DNA of 24,000 nt from Thermoleophilia bacterium (GCA_020053595.1 JAGVMV010000017.1:66204-90203); one strand, 5' to 3'. Shown: positions 8,296 through 17,580, counted from the first letter of the stretch. Notes: generated by a model from the letters alone, not told the origin. Made by a program: numbers and translations.

Positions 8296-9183
8296 TTAGT
8301 TCGAAGGCTGGATAAAACGGTCGCGAAGAGTGAGATAAAAATCGGCTCCCGGAGGTTTCACCAGGTGAGCCTTTTGTGGCGCCATGGACAGCTTCAGGGA
8401 ACCGCCGGAAGCCAGCAGGCCGTGGTTGCGGCCGTCGACGTAGATCGCCGCGGCCGAACCGATAGTCTCGTTGCGGATGACGAGCTTCTCCGTCGGCCCC
8501 ATCACCATCGCCCGGAACTGCAGGGTATGGGGCGCGATCGCCGTCAACGCCAGCGCGTCAAGCGAAAGCGAAAGTAAGGGACCACCGTTTGAAAGGTTGT
8601 AGGCAGTGGAGCCGGCGGGAGTCGAGAGCACCAGGCCGTCGCAGCTTATGGGGTCGAAATCGACGCCGCCGGTGCTGTAAGCCAGCCGCACGACCGATCC
8701 GCCATCGGGTTTGTGGACGACGACGTCGTTAAACGCCAATGCCCGGTCGCCAGCGTTTTTCATTTCGATGAGACTCAGGTCGAGTGTCTCATAACCACCC
8801 TGGAAGATCGAACGAAGCCCTTGGGGAATATCTTCCGGGCCGATCGCCGAGAGGAATCCGACGCGGCCGAAGTTCACGCCGAGCACCGGTGTCTGCATCT
8901 CGGGGAACCGGTGAAAAGCCCTGAGGATGGTGCCGTCTCCGCCCAAAGCGACGCAGAAATCTACCTTGACCTCTTCCAGGAGCGGCACGACGGTGCCGAA
9001 GCTGCCTGCTTCCTCCAGTGAGTATTTCTCCACTTCACGCTGGGGGATGACTGCCTCGATGGAGAGTTCCCGGCATAGTTCCAGAACCCGCAACAGAGCT
9101 TCGCGGGTGGCCTCTGACTGGCGATGGCTGATGACTGCGATTTTCGTGACCAGAGCTTCCCCAGATCTTGCGTATTTTTCCAT
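8296..9183 (-). CDS. nadK: NAD kinase
   Basis: GGDGTILRA and NFGRVGFL motifs. I preferred the ATG at 9183 (MEKYARSGEALVTKIAVISH) over the GTG at 9231. The GTG would add a 16-aa W/R/F-rich extension that does not fit the family. Confidence 0.9.
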   Translation of the reverse strand: MEKYARSGEALVTKIAVISHRQSEATREALLRVLELCRELSIEAVIPQREVEKYSLEEAGSFGTVVPLLEEVKVDFCVALGGDGTILRAFHRFPEMQTPVLGVNFGRVGFLSAIGPEDIPQGLRSIFQGGYETLDLSLIEMKNAGDRALAFNDVVVHKPDGGSVVRLAYSTGGVDFDPISCDGLVLSTPAGSTAYNLSNGGPLLSLSLDALALTAIAPHTLQFRAMVMGPTEKLVIRNETIGSAAAIYVDGRNHGLLASGGSLKLSMAPQKAHLVKPPGADFYLTLRDRFIQPSN

Positions 9184-9264
9184 AACCCTGAAATAGATTC
9201 GCCCTATCCAGAGCCGAAAGCATTTTATCACAGCAGGCGGATACTTATGTGAGCCCGTAATGTG

Positions 9265-10047
9265 TCAATCGAATTTTTCCAAAACGTTGTTCCTGTCCGG
9301 CTTTGACGCGTGTTCCTGGTCGCCGGCGGCGAAATATAGCAGATACTCACGATTCCCCTTGGGGCCGCGGACGGGCGACTCAGTGAGCCCCAGGACAACC
9401 CAGCCTGATTCTTCGATGAAAGACCATATCTCCTCAAGGACTTCACGGCGCACTTTGCCGTCGCGCACAACCCCGCCCTTGCCGACCTTGCAGCGCCCCG
9501 CCTCGAACTGGGGCTTGATCAGGGCGATGGCCTGAAAATCCTCTTCGAGCGTACCGACAACCGGCTGAAGAACTTTTTTGAGAGAGATGAAGGAGAGGTC
9601 AAAGGTGGCGAATGACGGCGTTTCGGACAGCATCTCCCGAGTGATACCGCGGATATTGGTTCGCTCCAGGACATCCACGCGCGGATCGTTCCGAAGTTTC
9701 CAGTCCAGTTGTCCGTAACCGACGTCCACGGCGATGACTTTTCTGGCGCCGTGCTGGAGCAGACAGTCGGTGAAACCGCCTGTGGAAGCCCCGGCATCGA
9801 GGGCGACGCGGCCGGTGACATCGATCGTAAATTCCTCAAAAGCCCGTTCCAGCTTGAGGCCACCGCGAGATACGAAGCGGGGTTCCTCTTTAAGCGTGAC
9901 TTCAATGTCCGGCGCCACCAGCGTGCCCGCCTTGGTAACCGGTTGCCCGTTGACTCTCACTTCACCCGCCAGCACCGCGGCGGCGGCCTGGGATCGGGAA
10001 GAAAAAAATCCCCGCTGGACGAGGATGGTGTCGAGACGCTCTTTCAT
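9265..10047 (-). CDS. tlyA: TlyA family rRNA (cytidine-2'-O)-methyltransferase
   Basis: 260 aa. An N-terminal S4-like domain (RLDTILVQRGFFSSRSQAAAAVLAGEVRVNG) is followed by an FtsJ-type SAM methyltransferase domain (ALDAGASTGGFTDCLLQHGA). Confidence 0.9.
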   Translation of the reverse strand: MKERLDTILVQRGFFSSRSQAAAAVLAGEVRVNGQPVTKAGTLVAPDIEVTLKEEPRFVSRGGLKLERAFEEFTIDVTGRVALDAGASTGGFTDCLLQHGARKVIAVDVGYGQLDWKLRNDPRVDVLERTNIRGITREMLSETPSFATFDLSFISLKKVLQPVVGTLEEDFQAIALIKPQFEAGRCKVGKGGVVRDGKVRREVLEEIWSFIEESGWVVLGLTESPVRGPKGNREYLLYFAAGDQEHASKPDRNNVLEKFD

Positions 10048-10065
10048 TCAGACAAAATCCATACT

Positions 10066-12051
10066 TCAGCTGTCCTCTCCCGAAGCCTTCTTTCGCTCCG
10101 CCGACACGATCTTCTTTTTCAGCAACCTCTCCCCCACGTAGGCGGAGACCGCCTCGGGGTTAAGGCCGATGTCCCGCAATAGCTTGTTGCGATTGCCGTG
10201 GGGAACGAAATAATCCGGGATGGCGAAGCTCTTTACCGGCACCGATGCTTCTTCAGCAAACAGCCCCTGCACGGCGGCGCCGAAACCTCCCCTGGCCGTA
10301 CTCTCTTCGACAGTCACCACCAGCTCGTGCTGCGAGGCCAGCTCGCGGATCAGCCCTTCATCGATCGGCTTCAGGAAACGGGCGTTGACCACCGTCGGCC
10401 TCAGACCGTGCTGCTCGACGAGCAGCCGGGCGGCGCGGCGGCAGATGCCGACGCCGCTGCCTATTCCCAGGAGCAGCGCCCCCTCACCGCGGTCGATGAC
10501 CTCGGCCTTGCCTACCGGCAACGCTTCAAAGTCCTCCGGCATGGAGACTCCGCCTCCCGCCGCGCGCGGATAACGGATGGCAGCCGGCTTGCCCAGTTGC
10601 AACGCCGTGTAAACCATGTTCTGAAGTTCGGCTTCATCCCTGGGCGCCATCACAATGAGACCCGGCACCAGACTCAGGTAGCCGAGGTCGAAGACGCCAT
10701 GGTGCGAGGGGCCGTCGTCACCCACCAGCCCGGCGCGGTCCAGGGCGAAAACCACCGGCAGTTCCTGCAGGGCAACATCCTGCACCAGCATGTCGAATGC
10801 CCGCTGCAGAAAGGTGGAATAGATTGCGACGACTGGTTTGAACCCGCCGATGGCGAGGCCCGCCGCAAAAGCCACGGCGTGCTCCTCGGCGATACCGACG
10901 TCGAAAAACCTGTCGGGGAACTTCCTCTCGAAATGATAAAGCCCGGTGCCGCTGGACATGGCGGCGGTGATGGCCACGATCCTGTCGTCGCTCTCGGCCA
11001 TGCGCGCCAGCCCCTGCCCGAAAGCCTCGGTATAGGTGATCGGTCCCGGCCTCTTGATGGCCTCGCCAGTACTGACGGTGAACGGCGCGATGCCGTGGAA
11101 GGTGTCCGGACGCGCCTCGGCGGGCTCGTACCCCTTCCCCTTGGTGGTCTTGATATGGATCAGCACCGGACGCTCGATCTCCATGGCTGCCTTTATGCTC
11201 TTGCGCAGCGCCTTGATGTCGTGCCCGTCGATGATGCCGATGTAGGCGAAGCCCAGCTCTTCAAAAAGCATCCCCGGCACCAGAAAGGCCTTCATGCTTT
11301 CCTTGATCGATCGCGAGGCGCCGCGGATGCCCGGTATCTTCTCTATGCCGTGTTCGAACTCCTCGCGCAGCTTGAAGAGGGTAGGATCGAGGCGCAGCTT
11401 GTGTAAATACTGGGAAATGGCACCGACATTGGGCTTAATCGACATCTCGTTGTCGTTAAGAATCACGATTAGCGGGGTTTTGAGATGGCCGGCCTGGTTC
11501 AGCGCCTCGTAGGCGATGCCGCCGGTCAGAGCCCCGTCACCGATCACGCAGGCGACATGGCCGCCGGTCGTCTCCTCGCCGGTCTCCTCCCTGCCCTGCT
11601 CATCGCCGCCGGCCAGGGTCGCATCAATGCCGGCCAGCTCCGCCTGCGCCGCCGCCAGCCTGATGGCTTCCTGGATGCCAACGCCATAACTGATGGAAGT
11701 GGAGCTGTGCCCGGTCCCGACGATATCGTGCTCTGACTCGTTCTTGTTAGGGAATCCGGAAAGGCCGCCGTACTGGCGTATAGTGTGAAATTCGGCGGCG
11801 CGGCCGGTGATGATCTTGTGGGCGTAGCACTGGTGGCCGACGTCCCAGATGATTTTATCTTCAGGGCTGTCGAGGACGCTGTGCAGTGCCAGTGTCAGCT
11901 CCACAACGCCGAGGCTGGGAGCGAGGTGGCCACCGACCTTGGACACGGCGCCGATCATGAATTCGCGAATCTCGTCGGCGAGCAGCTGCAGCTCGCGATC
12001 GTTGAAACGATGGAGGTCTGACGGGGAATGGATTTGCTCGAGAAGCGACAC
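10066..12051 (-). CDS. dxs: 1-deoxy-D-xylulose-5-phosphate synthase
   Basis: 661 aa. N-terminus SLLEQIHSPSDLHRF, the GGHLAPSLGVVELTLALH and WDVGHQCYAHKIITGR motifs, the TPP-binding GDGALTGG and a transketolase-like C-terminus. GTG start at 12051. Confidence 0.97.
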   Translation of the reverse strand: MSLLEQIHSPSDLHRFNDRELQLLADEIREFMIGAVSKVGGHLAPSLGVVELTLALHSVLDSPEDKIIWDVGHQCYAHKIITGRAAEFHTIRQYGGLSGFPNKNESEHDIVGTGHSSTSISYGVGIQEAIRLAAAQAELAGIDATLAGGDEQGREETGEETTGGHVACVIGDGALTGGIAYEALNQAGHLKTPLIVILNDNEMSIKPNVGAISQYLHKLRLDPTLFKLREEFEHGIEKIPGIRGASRSIKESMKAFLVPGMLFEELGFAYIGIIDGHDIKALRKSIKAAMEIERPVLIHIKTTKGKGYEPAEARPDTFHGIAPFTVSTGEAIKRPGPITYTEAFGQGLARMAESDDRIVAITAAMSSGTGLYHFERKFPDRFFDVGIAEEHAVAFAAGLAIGGFKPVVAIYSTFLQRAFDMLVQDVALQELPVVFALDRAGLVGDDGPSHHGVFDLGYLSLVPGLIVMAPRDEAELQNMVYTALQLGKPAAIRYPRAAGGGVSMPEDFEALPVGKAEVIDRGEGALLLGIGSGVGICRRAARLLVEQHGLRPTVVNARFLKPIDEGLIRELASQHELVVTVEESTARGGFGAAVQGLFAEEASVPVKSFAIPDYFVPHGNRNKLLRDIGLNPEAVSAYVGERLLKKKIVSAERKKASGEDS

Positions 12052-12054
12052 TAG

Positions 12055-12924
12055 CTAACTCTGGCGCTCGTAGATGTAGTTGGTGATTCCGGCAAGAGCA
12101 TCGGTTTTCCCTCCTACCCGGTCAAGAGCCTCAAGAGCTTCGTCCCGGGACTTGAGCGCCAGGCGCTCCGCCTCTTCCAGACCATATACGCTAACGTAGG
12201 TACGCCGGTCCAGCCTGGCGTCGGCGCCGGCTTCCTTGCCCAGCAGGGCCGTTTCACCCACAACATCCAAAATATCGTCTTTTATCTGGAATAGCAATCC
12301 GAGCTCGGCGGCAAAATCGCGAAGATTTGTTAACTCCTGTTCGGGCGCTTCGGCGAGCAGCGCGCCACAGTGAACACAGGCCATGATCAGCCGCCCGGTC
12401 TTCAGCGAATGGAGCAGTTTCAGGGAATCCGGCTGACCTTCAGAGATCCCGGATACGTCCAGATACTGGCCGCCGACCATGCCGTTGACCCCGGTTGCCA
12501 CCGCGATCTCCCTGATTACTCCAAGCAGGATAGCGGCAGCCCCCTGCTGGCGCTCGCAGATAAGCCTGAACGCCTCGGCGAACAGGGCGTCGCCGGCAAG
12601 GATGGCCGTGTTCTCACCAAACTTCACATGGCAGGTAGGCTTGCCCCGGCGCAGCTCGTCGTCGTCAAAGGCGGGCAGGTCGTCATGGATCAGGGAATAG
12701 GTGTGAATCATCTCCAGCGCGGCGGCGGTGGGCAGCATCCCGGCGGGCTCACGCCCGAAAGCCTGGCCGGTCGCCATCAGCAATACCGGCCGGATCCGCT
12801 TGCCGCCAGCCAGCAGTGAATACTGCATGGCTTCGCTGAGAGGCGACACCGAGGCATCCTCGCCGTAGTCGAGTTCCTCCAGATAACCATCAAGCAGGCG
12901 AGTCAGTTCTTCGGGATAGCTCAA
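12055..12924 (-). CDS. ispA: Short-chain (E)-polyprenyl diphosphate synthase, FPP synthase type
   Basis: GGKRIRP motif. The first Asp-rich motif, HTYSLIHDDLPAFDDDELRRG, has the 2-aa insertion and Tyr at position -5, as in bacterial FPP synthases. The second motif is FQIKDDILD. I inferred a TTG start at 12924, after the xseB stop, because it leaves about 40 aa before GGKR as in IspA. The ATG at 12993 and the track start at 13065 would overlap xseB. Confidence 0.85.
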   Translation of the reverse strand: MSYPEELTRLLDGYLEELDYGEDASVSPLSEAMQYSLLAGGKRIRPVLLMATGQAFGREPAGMLPTAAALEMIHTYSLIHDDLPAFDDDELRRGKPTCHVKFGENTAILAGDALFAEAFRLICERQQGAAAILLGVIREIAVATGVNGMVGGQYLDVSGISEGQPDSLKLLHSLKTGRLIMACVHCGALLAEAPEQELTNLRDFAAELGLLFQIKDDILDVVGETALLGKEAGADARLDRRTYVSVYGLEEAERLALKSRDEALEALDRVGGKTDALAGITNYIYERQS

Positions 12925-12955
12925 AATCTCCTGATCCTCAAGGGTCCCAGATTTC

Positions 12956-13330
12956 TCAGAGCCCGGGAATTCGGTCTTGGTCGCCAGGCTCATCCTCAGG
13001 GGAACCATAGACGACATCCTGTACGACCCGATCAAGCTTCTGGCTGCTCTCCATGGCCAGCTCATTGGCTTCCGATAACAGGCGCACCGATTCTTCCCAG
13101 TCGGATTCGCCCGCCTCCAGCCTGCGTACGATCGTCTCCATGCGCTCGATGGACTGGTTGAGGCTGTCGAGGGTGGATGTCAGGGCGCTGGTCAGCTCGC
13201 CTTCCTTCGCCGGCGGGTCCGTCTGCCGGTTCGGCTGCGATGCCGCCTGTGGCGTATCATTCCCCATGGCTGACTGTTCCACCGGTTGCATGCTCTCCGG
13301 TTGTGGACCAGATTCGGTTTCGTCATTCAT
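12956..13330 (-). CDS. xseB: Exodeoxyribonuclease VII small subunit, with N- and C-terminal extensions
   Basis: The core LDSLNQSIERMETIVRRLEAGESDWEESVRLLSEANELAMESSQKLDRV matches the XseB helical hairpin pattern (LEeIVxxLExGxxxLEES...). The ORF is 124 aa against the usual 70-80 aa. The ATG at 13330 lies 10 nt after the nusB stop. Confidence 0.7.
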   Translation of the reverse strand: MNDETESGPQPESMQPVEQSAMGNDTPQAASQPNRQTDPPAKEGELTSALTSTLDSLNQSIERMETIVRRLEAGESDWEESVRLLSEANELAMESSQKLDRVVQDVVYGSPEDEPGDQDRIPGL

Positions 13331-13340
13331 GGCAGCTCAC

Positions 13341-13781
13341 TCACTCGTCGTTTGAAAGTGGTTCAGCGCTCTCGGACCTCTCTTCGGCGATCCTGCCGAG
13401 AACACCGTTGACCAGCGATCCCGCCTCGCGGGAACAGAAGCGCTTGGCCAGTTCCACGGCTTCATCGATACTCACTTCGGCCGGGATGTCGTCACGGCTC
13501 TGGATTTCATAAATCGCCAGACGGAGTATGTTGCGCTCCAGCGCGGCCATCCGTTTCGCGGACCAGTTGTCAGCGTTGGCATTGATGACCGCGTCGATCT
13601 CATTCCGCGAGGCGAGCACCGCCTCAACCTCATCGCGGGTAAATGAATCGAGCTCCCGGGCTTCCTCACGCTCCAGATTATCATACAAATCTTCCAGCGC
13701 ACCACCGGTCAGGTCATGCTGATAAAGCAACACCATGGCGTCACGGCGAGCCTGGCGGCGTGTTGTGGATGATGAGTTCAT
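13341..13781 (-). CDS. nusB: Transcription antitermination factor NusB
   Basis: RRQARRDAMVLLYQHDL..., ERNILRLAIYEI and IDEAVELAKRF...LVNGVLGRI are typical NusB. I chose the ATG at 13781 (146 aa) because the track start at 13907 lies inside accC. Confidence 0.9.
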   Translation of the reverse strand: MNSSSTTRRQARRDAMVLLYQHDLTGGALEDLYDNLEREEARELDSFTRDEVEAVLASRNEIDAVINANADNWSAKRMAALERNILRLAIYEIQSRDDIPAEVSIDEAVELAKRFCSREAGSLVNGVLGRIAEERSESAEPLSNDE

Positions 13782-13796
13782 CGTTCCTGGTTCCCG

Positions 13797-13818
13797 GCTT
13801 CTGCTTAAAACAGAAAGC
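13797..13818 (-). other. Stem-loop immediately after the biotin carboxylase stop (no U-tract)
   Basis: The minus RNA reads GCUU(U)CUG-UUUUAAG-CAGAAGC, 7 bp with one bulge, abutting the TAG at 13819..13821. It is followed by CGGGAACCAGGAACG-AUG of nusB. Confidence 0.3.
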
Positions 13819-15168
13819 CTAGATCTCAAGCAGCTCCATGTTCTCTTCGATGAAGGCTGTCGTGTATTCACCATCACGGAATGCCGGTGCTTGAAGTATC
13901 CGGGCACAAAGCTCCTTATTGGTGACGATGCCTTCGATCACATATTCGTCGAGGGCCCGGAGCGCCCGGCGAATGGCTGCCGGCCGATCCACATCCCAGA
14001 CGATCAGCTTGGCCAACAGGGAATCGTAAAAGACCGGGATGGTATAACCCTCATAGAGGTGCGAATCCACTCGCACGCCAGGGCCGCCGGGCGTCACATA
14101 ACGGCTGATGGTGCCTGTGTTGGGACGAAAATCGTTGGCCGGGTCCTCGGCATTGATGCGCAGCTCGATGGCATGTCCCCGTGGCTGAAGCGCGCCGATA
14201 TACGGCAGGAGATCGCCACGGGCGATCCTGATCTGCTCACGGACAATATCTATACCGGTGACCATCTCGGAAACTGGATGCTCCACCTGGACACGGGTGT
14301 TCATTTCCATGAAATAGAAGTTGCGGTCGTTGTCGACCAGAAATTCCAGGGTGCCGGCATTCTCATAGCCACAGGCGCGGCAGGCGGCAATGGCCGCTTC
14401 CGACATTTTTTGCCTGGTTTCCGCGTCCAGAATCGGCGACGGGGATTCTTCCACCAGTTTCTGGTGGCGCCGCTGCACCGAGCAGTCACGCTCTCCCAGG
14501 GTCAACACCGACCCGGCCTTGTCTACCAGCACCTGGACCTCGACATGATGCGGGCCGACGATCGCCTTTTCCAGGTACATCGTGCCGTCGCCGAAAGCGG
14601 TTTCGGCTTCCGCGCTGGCCATGTTGAAAAGATTCTCCATCTCGGCCGGCGAATTGACCAGGCGCATGCCACGCCCGCCACCGCCGGCGGAAGCTTTTAC
14701 CATCACCGGATATCCGTAACTTTCAGCGAGCCGACCCGCTTCGCTGGCGTCGGCCACAGCTCCCTCGGAACCCGGCACAACCGGGATGCGCGCCTGTTTC
14801 ATGGTCTGCTTGGCGAGAGACTTGTCGCCCATGCGGCGCATCAGATCGGCCCCCGGCCCGATAAAGACCATGTCATTGTCCTCGCAGGCCAGAACAAAAT
14901 CGGGATTCTCAGCCAGAAAACCATACCCGGGATGAATAGCGTCGCAACCGGTGATTTCCGCCGCGCCGATGATGTGGGGGATCTGCAGGTAGCTGCCGCT
15001 GACGGGGCCGGGGCCGATACAAACGATCTCATCGGCTTCCTTCACAGGTAACGAATCGACATCCGCCTCGGAATAGACCGCCACGCAGGGAATGTCCAGC
15101 TCATGGCAGGCACGAATTACCCGCAGGGCCACTTCGCCGCGATTGGCTATAAGAATTTTAGAAAGCAT
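13819..15168 (-). CDS. accC: Biotin carboxylase subunit (AccC/PycA type)
   Basis: 449 aa. N-terminus MLSKILIANRGEVALRVIRACHELDI, followed by ATP-grasp motifs (GYPVMVKASAGGGGRGMR, EMNTRVQVEHPVSE). Confidence 0.93.
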   Translation of the reverse strand: MLSKILIANRGEVALRVIRACHELDIPCVAVYSEADVDSLPVKEADEIVCIGPGPVSGSYLQIPHIIGAAEITGCDAIHPGYGFLAENPDFVLACEDNDMVFIGPGADLMRRMGDKSLAKQTMKQARIPVVPGSEGAVADASEAGRLAESYGYPVMVKASAGGGGRGMRLVNSPAEMENLFNMASAEAETAFGDGTMYLEKAIVGPHHVEVQVLVDKAGSVLTLGERDCSVQRRHQKLVEESPSPILDAETRQKMSEAAIAACRACGYENAGTLEFLVDNDRNFYFMEMNTRVQVEHPVSEMVTGIDIVREQIRIARGDLLPYIGALQPRGHAIELRINAEDPANDFRPNTGTISRYVTPGGPGVRVDSHLYEGYTIPVFYDSLLAKLIVWDVDRPAAIRRALRALDEYVIEGIVTNKELCARILQAPAFRDGEYTTAFIEENMELLEI

Positions 15169-15174
15169 CGAGCG

Positions 15175-17013
15175 CTACTCTTCCGCCTCAACCGGCTCGA
15201 TATACAAAAGCGACTGCCCGTACTCGACCGGCTTGCCGTTCTCGACAAGCACCCGCCGTACCGTACCGGCAATCTCACAAGTTACCTCGTTCATCAACTT
15301 CATCGCCTCGAGGATGCAGAGCGTCTGCCCCGCGGTAACTTCATCGCCTTCCTGGACGAACGGATCGCTGGTCGGCGACGCGGCGCGGTAGAAAGTGCCC
15401 ACCATCGGTGACTTGACAACATGATAATTATTTTCCTCCTCAATCAACGAGACACCGGCTGGCGCCGTGCCCGTCGGGCCCGCTTCGCCAGTTTCAGCCG
15501 GGGCAGCCTCGCCGCCCTTGCGAACCGTAATCCTCGTGTCGCCTTCCTCGATGGTGATTTCGGAGATCGTCGACTGCTCAACCGTGGCAATCAGATCCTT
15601 GATTTTGTCTATATCCATTTCAACCCCACTTTTCTCCTCAGTTTCCTGTATCAGGAACACGTCTTCTTCAACCCGGTGCTGGCGCTTCTCCAGAAATGTG
15701 CGCCCGGTCGCCGGGAAAAGGGCATAGGTCAGAACATCTTCCTCGTTGTGGGCCAGATCGCCGATCTCGCCGGCATAGCGGTCCAAAGTTTCGTCCAGCA
15801 GATCCGCCGGCCGGCAGGTGAGCGGTTGCTCGTCACCCAGCACCTTGTGCATGACATCCGGGTTGATCGGGCCCGGCGCCTTGCCATAACGGCCACGCAA
15901 ATATGATTTCATCTCATCGGGAATAATCTGCCAGCGCTTGCCTGAGAGAATATTCAGCACCGCCTGGGTTCCGACGATCTGGCTCATCGGCGTCACCAGC
16001 GGCGGATATCCAACTTCCGCCCGTACGATCGGAATCTCCTCGAGCACCTCGGGCAGCCGGTCCAGCGCGTTCTGCTCGGCCAGCTGGCTTTCCAGATTGG
16101 AAATCATGCCGCCCGGCACCTGGTGCGAGTATACCTGCATATGCGTCAGCGAGGTGACCCCGCGCTTATATCCGCCGCGAATGCGGACTTCTTCCCAATA
16201 TTTGGCGATTTCGAACAACTTGTCCAGATCCAGCTCGGTATCGTAGGGCGTACCGGAGAGAGCGCTGACGACCATCTCGGTCGCCGGGTTGGAAGCGCCG
16301 AATGCCAGGGGCACGGTGGCCGTATCGATTATGTCGACGCCGGCCTCGATTGCTTTCAGATAGGTCATGGGCGCCAGGCCACCGATGTAATGGCAATGCA
16401 GCTCCAGCGGCAGCTCGAGCTCATCCTTGATGCGCTGCACCAGCTGTTGAGCGTGATAAGGCGAGAGCAGAGCCGCCATGTCCTTGATGCAGAGGGAGTC
16501 GGCTCCCATGTCCGCGTAGATATGGGCCACCTCCATGAAATGGTCAAGGGTATGGACCGGGCTTATCGTGTAAGAGATGGCCCCCTGAAAATGTTTGCCG
16601 GCTTCCTTGATCGCCTCAGCCGCCACCTCGACGTTGCGGGTGTCGTTGAGGGCGTCAAAAACCCTGAATATGTCAACGCCGCTCTCGGCGGCGTGGGCGA
16701 CAAACCTGCGGACGATATCGTCGCCATAATGCCGGTACCCCACCAGGTTCTGGCCGCGCAGCAGCATCTGCAGGGGCGTCTTGGGACAATGGTGCTTGAT
16801 GGTGCGCAGGCGTTCCCAGGGATCGTCGTCCAGGAAACGGATACAGGCGTCAAAGGTCGCCCCGCCCCAGACTTCCAGTGAGTAGAAGCCGATATCGTCC
16901 ATGGCCGACAGGATGGGCAGCATCTCGCTGGTACGCATGCGCGTGGCCCAGAGCGATTGATGGCCATCCCTGAGAGTGGTATCGGTAATCAGTATGCGGC
17001 GCGCTTTTGTCAT
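15175..17013 (-). CDS. Carboxyltransferase (5S/PycB/OadA-like) fused to a biotin carboxyl carrier domain
   Basis: 612 aa. The N-terminal ILITDTTLRDGHQSLWATRM marks an HMGL-like carboxyltransferase domain. The C-terminal biotinyl domain reads GQTLCILEAMKLMNEV, and the Lys572 codon sits at 15298..15300. No oadB or oadG-like membrane genes are adjacent. Confidence 0.88.
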   Translation of the reverse strand: MTKARRILITDTTLRDGHQSLWATRMRTSEMLPILSAMDDIGFYSLEVWGGATFDACIRFLDDDPWERLRTIKHHCPKTPLQMLLRGQNLVGYRHYGDDIVRRFVAHAAESGVDIFRVFDALNDTRNVEVAAEAIKEAGKHFQGAISYTISPVHTLDHFMEVAHIYADMGADSLCIKDMAALLSPYHAQQLVQRIKDELELPLELHCHYIGGLAPMTYLKAIEAGVDIIDTATVPLAFGASNPATEMVVSALSGTPYDTELDLDKLFEIAKYWEEVRIRGGYKRGVTSLTHMQVYSHQVPGGMISNLESQLAEQNALDRLPEVLEEIPIVRAEVGYPPLVTPMSQIVGTQAVLNILSGKRWQIIPDEMKSYLRGRYGKAPGPINPDVMHKVLGDEQPLTCRPADLLDETLDRYAGEIGDLAHNEEDVLTYALFPATGRTFLEKRQHRVEEDVFLIQETEEKSGVEMDIDKIKDLIATVEQSTISEITIEEGDTRITVRKGGEAAPAETGEAGPTGTAPAGVSLIEEENNYHVVKSPMVGTFYRAASPTSDPFVQEGDEVTAGQTLCILEAMKLMNEVTCEIAGTVRRVLVENGKPVEYGQSLLYIEPVEAEE

Positions 17014-17022
17014 TTCCGGGGG

Positions 17023-17580
17023 TTAGACCCTCTCTACATAGTTGCCGGTGCGGGTGTCGATCTTGAGGATGTCGCCGGTCTTGATAAAGAGTGGTACGTT
17101 CACCAATGCTCCCGTATCCAGGGTCGCGGGCTTTGAACCACCGCTCACCGTGTCGCCCTTGACGCCGGGCTGGGTGTCAGTCACCTCGAGCTCGACGAAA
17201 ATCGGCGGCACCAGCTGGGCCGGTTTGCCGTCGATCATCTGAACCTCGACTTCCATGTTGTCCTTGATGAAAGAAAGGGCGTCACCAGCCAGAGCCGGCG
17301 GCAGCGACAGCTGCTCGTAGCTGTCGCTGTCCATCAGCACGACCTCGTCCGGCGTCGCGTACAGAAAGAGCATCTTCTTACTCTCGATGCGCACCCGGCG
17401 GAACTTCTCCACCGGCCTGAACGTCCGGTCAAGCACCGCGCCGGTCTCAATGTTCTTGATCTTGGTACGCACGAAAGCACCACCCTTGCCGGGTTTTACA
17501 TGCTGGAACTCGACAATGGTAAATATCTGGCCTTCGACCTCGATGGCCATGCCATTTTTAAAGTCGCTTGTTGAAACCAA
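17023..17580 (-). CDS. efp: Elongation factor P
   Basis: 185 aa. The sequence (M)VSTSDFKNGMAIEVEGQIFTIVEFQHVKPGKGGAFVRTKIKN carries the KPGKG loop Lys32. The TTG start at 17580 is preceded by GGAGGA. Confidence 0.97.
   Translation of the reverse strand: MVSTSDFKNGMAIEVEGQIFTIVEFQHVKPGKGGAFVRTKIKNIETGAVLDRTFRPVEKFRRVRIESKKMLFLYATPDEVVLMDSDSYEQLSLPPALAGDALSFIKDNMEVEVQMIDGKPAQLVPPIFVELEVTDTQPGVKGDTVSGGSKPATLDTGALVNVPLFIKTGDILKIDTRTGNYVERV

Noticed and set aside
13735-15051. Long plus-strand ORFs antisense to well-identified genes. They span 13735..15051 (438 aa), 18747..20171 (474 aa), 10198..11406 (402 aa), 16123..16881, 3112..3807 and 7948..8577.
   Set aside because: Each lies entirely opposite a strongly recognisable minus-strand gene. 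The products are R/G/A/P/H-rich with no recognisable motifs, and I saw no convincing SD or start context. Open antisense frames of this kind are expected in GC-rich coding DNA.
15175-17013. Interpreting the CT-BCCP fusion as the alpha subunit of a Na+-pumping oxaloacetate decarboxylase.
   Set aside because: No oadB or oadG-like membrane subunit genes are adjacent. Instead it is tightly linked (6 nt) to a biotin carboxylase, which fits a carboxylase rather than a decarboxylase pump. Sequence alone cannot fully exclude it.
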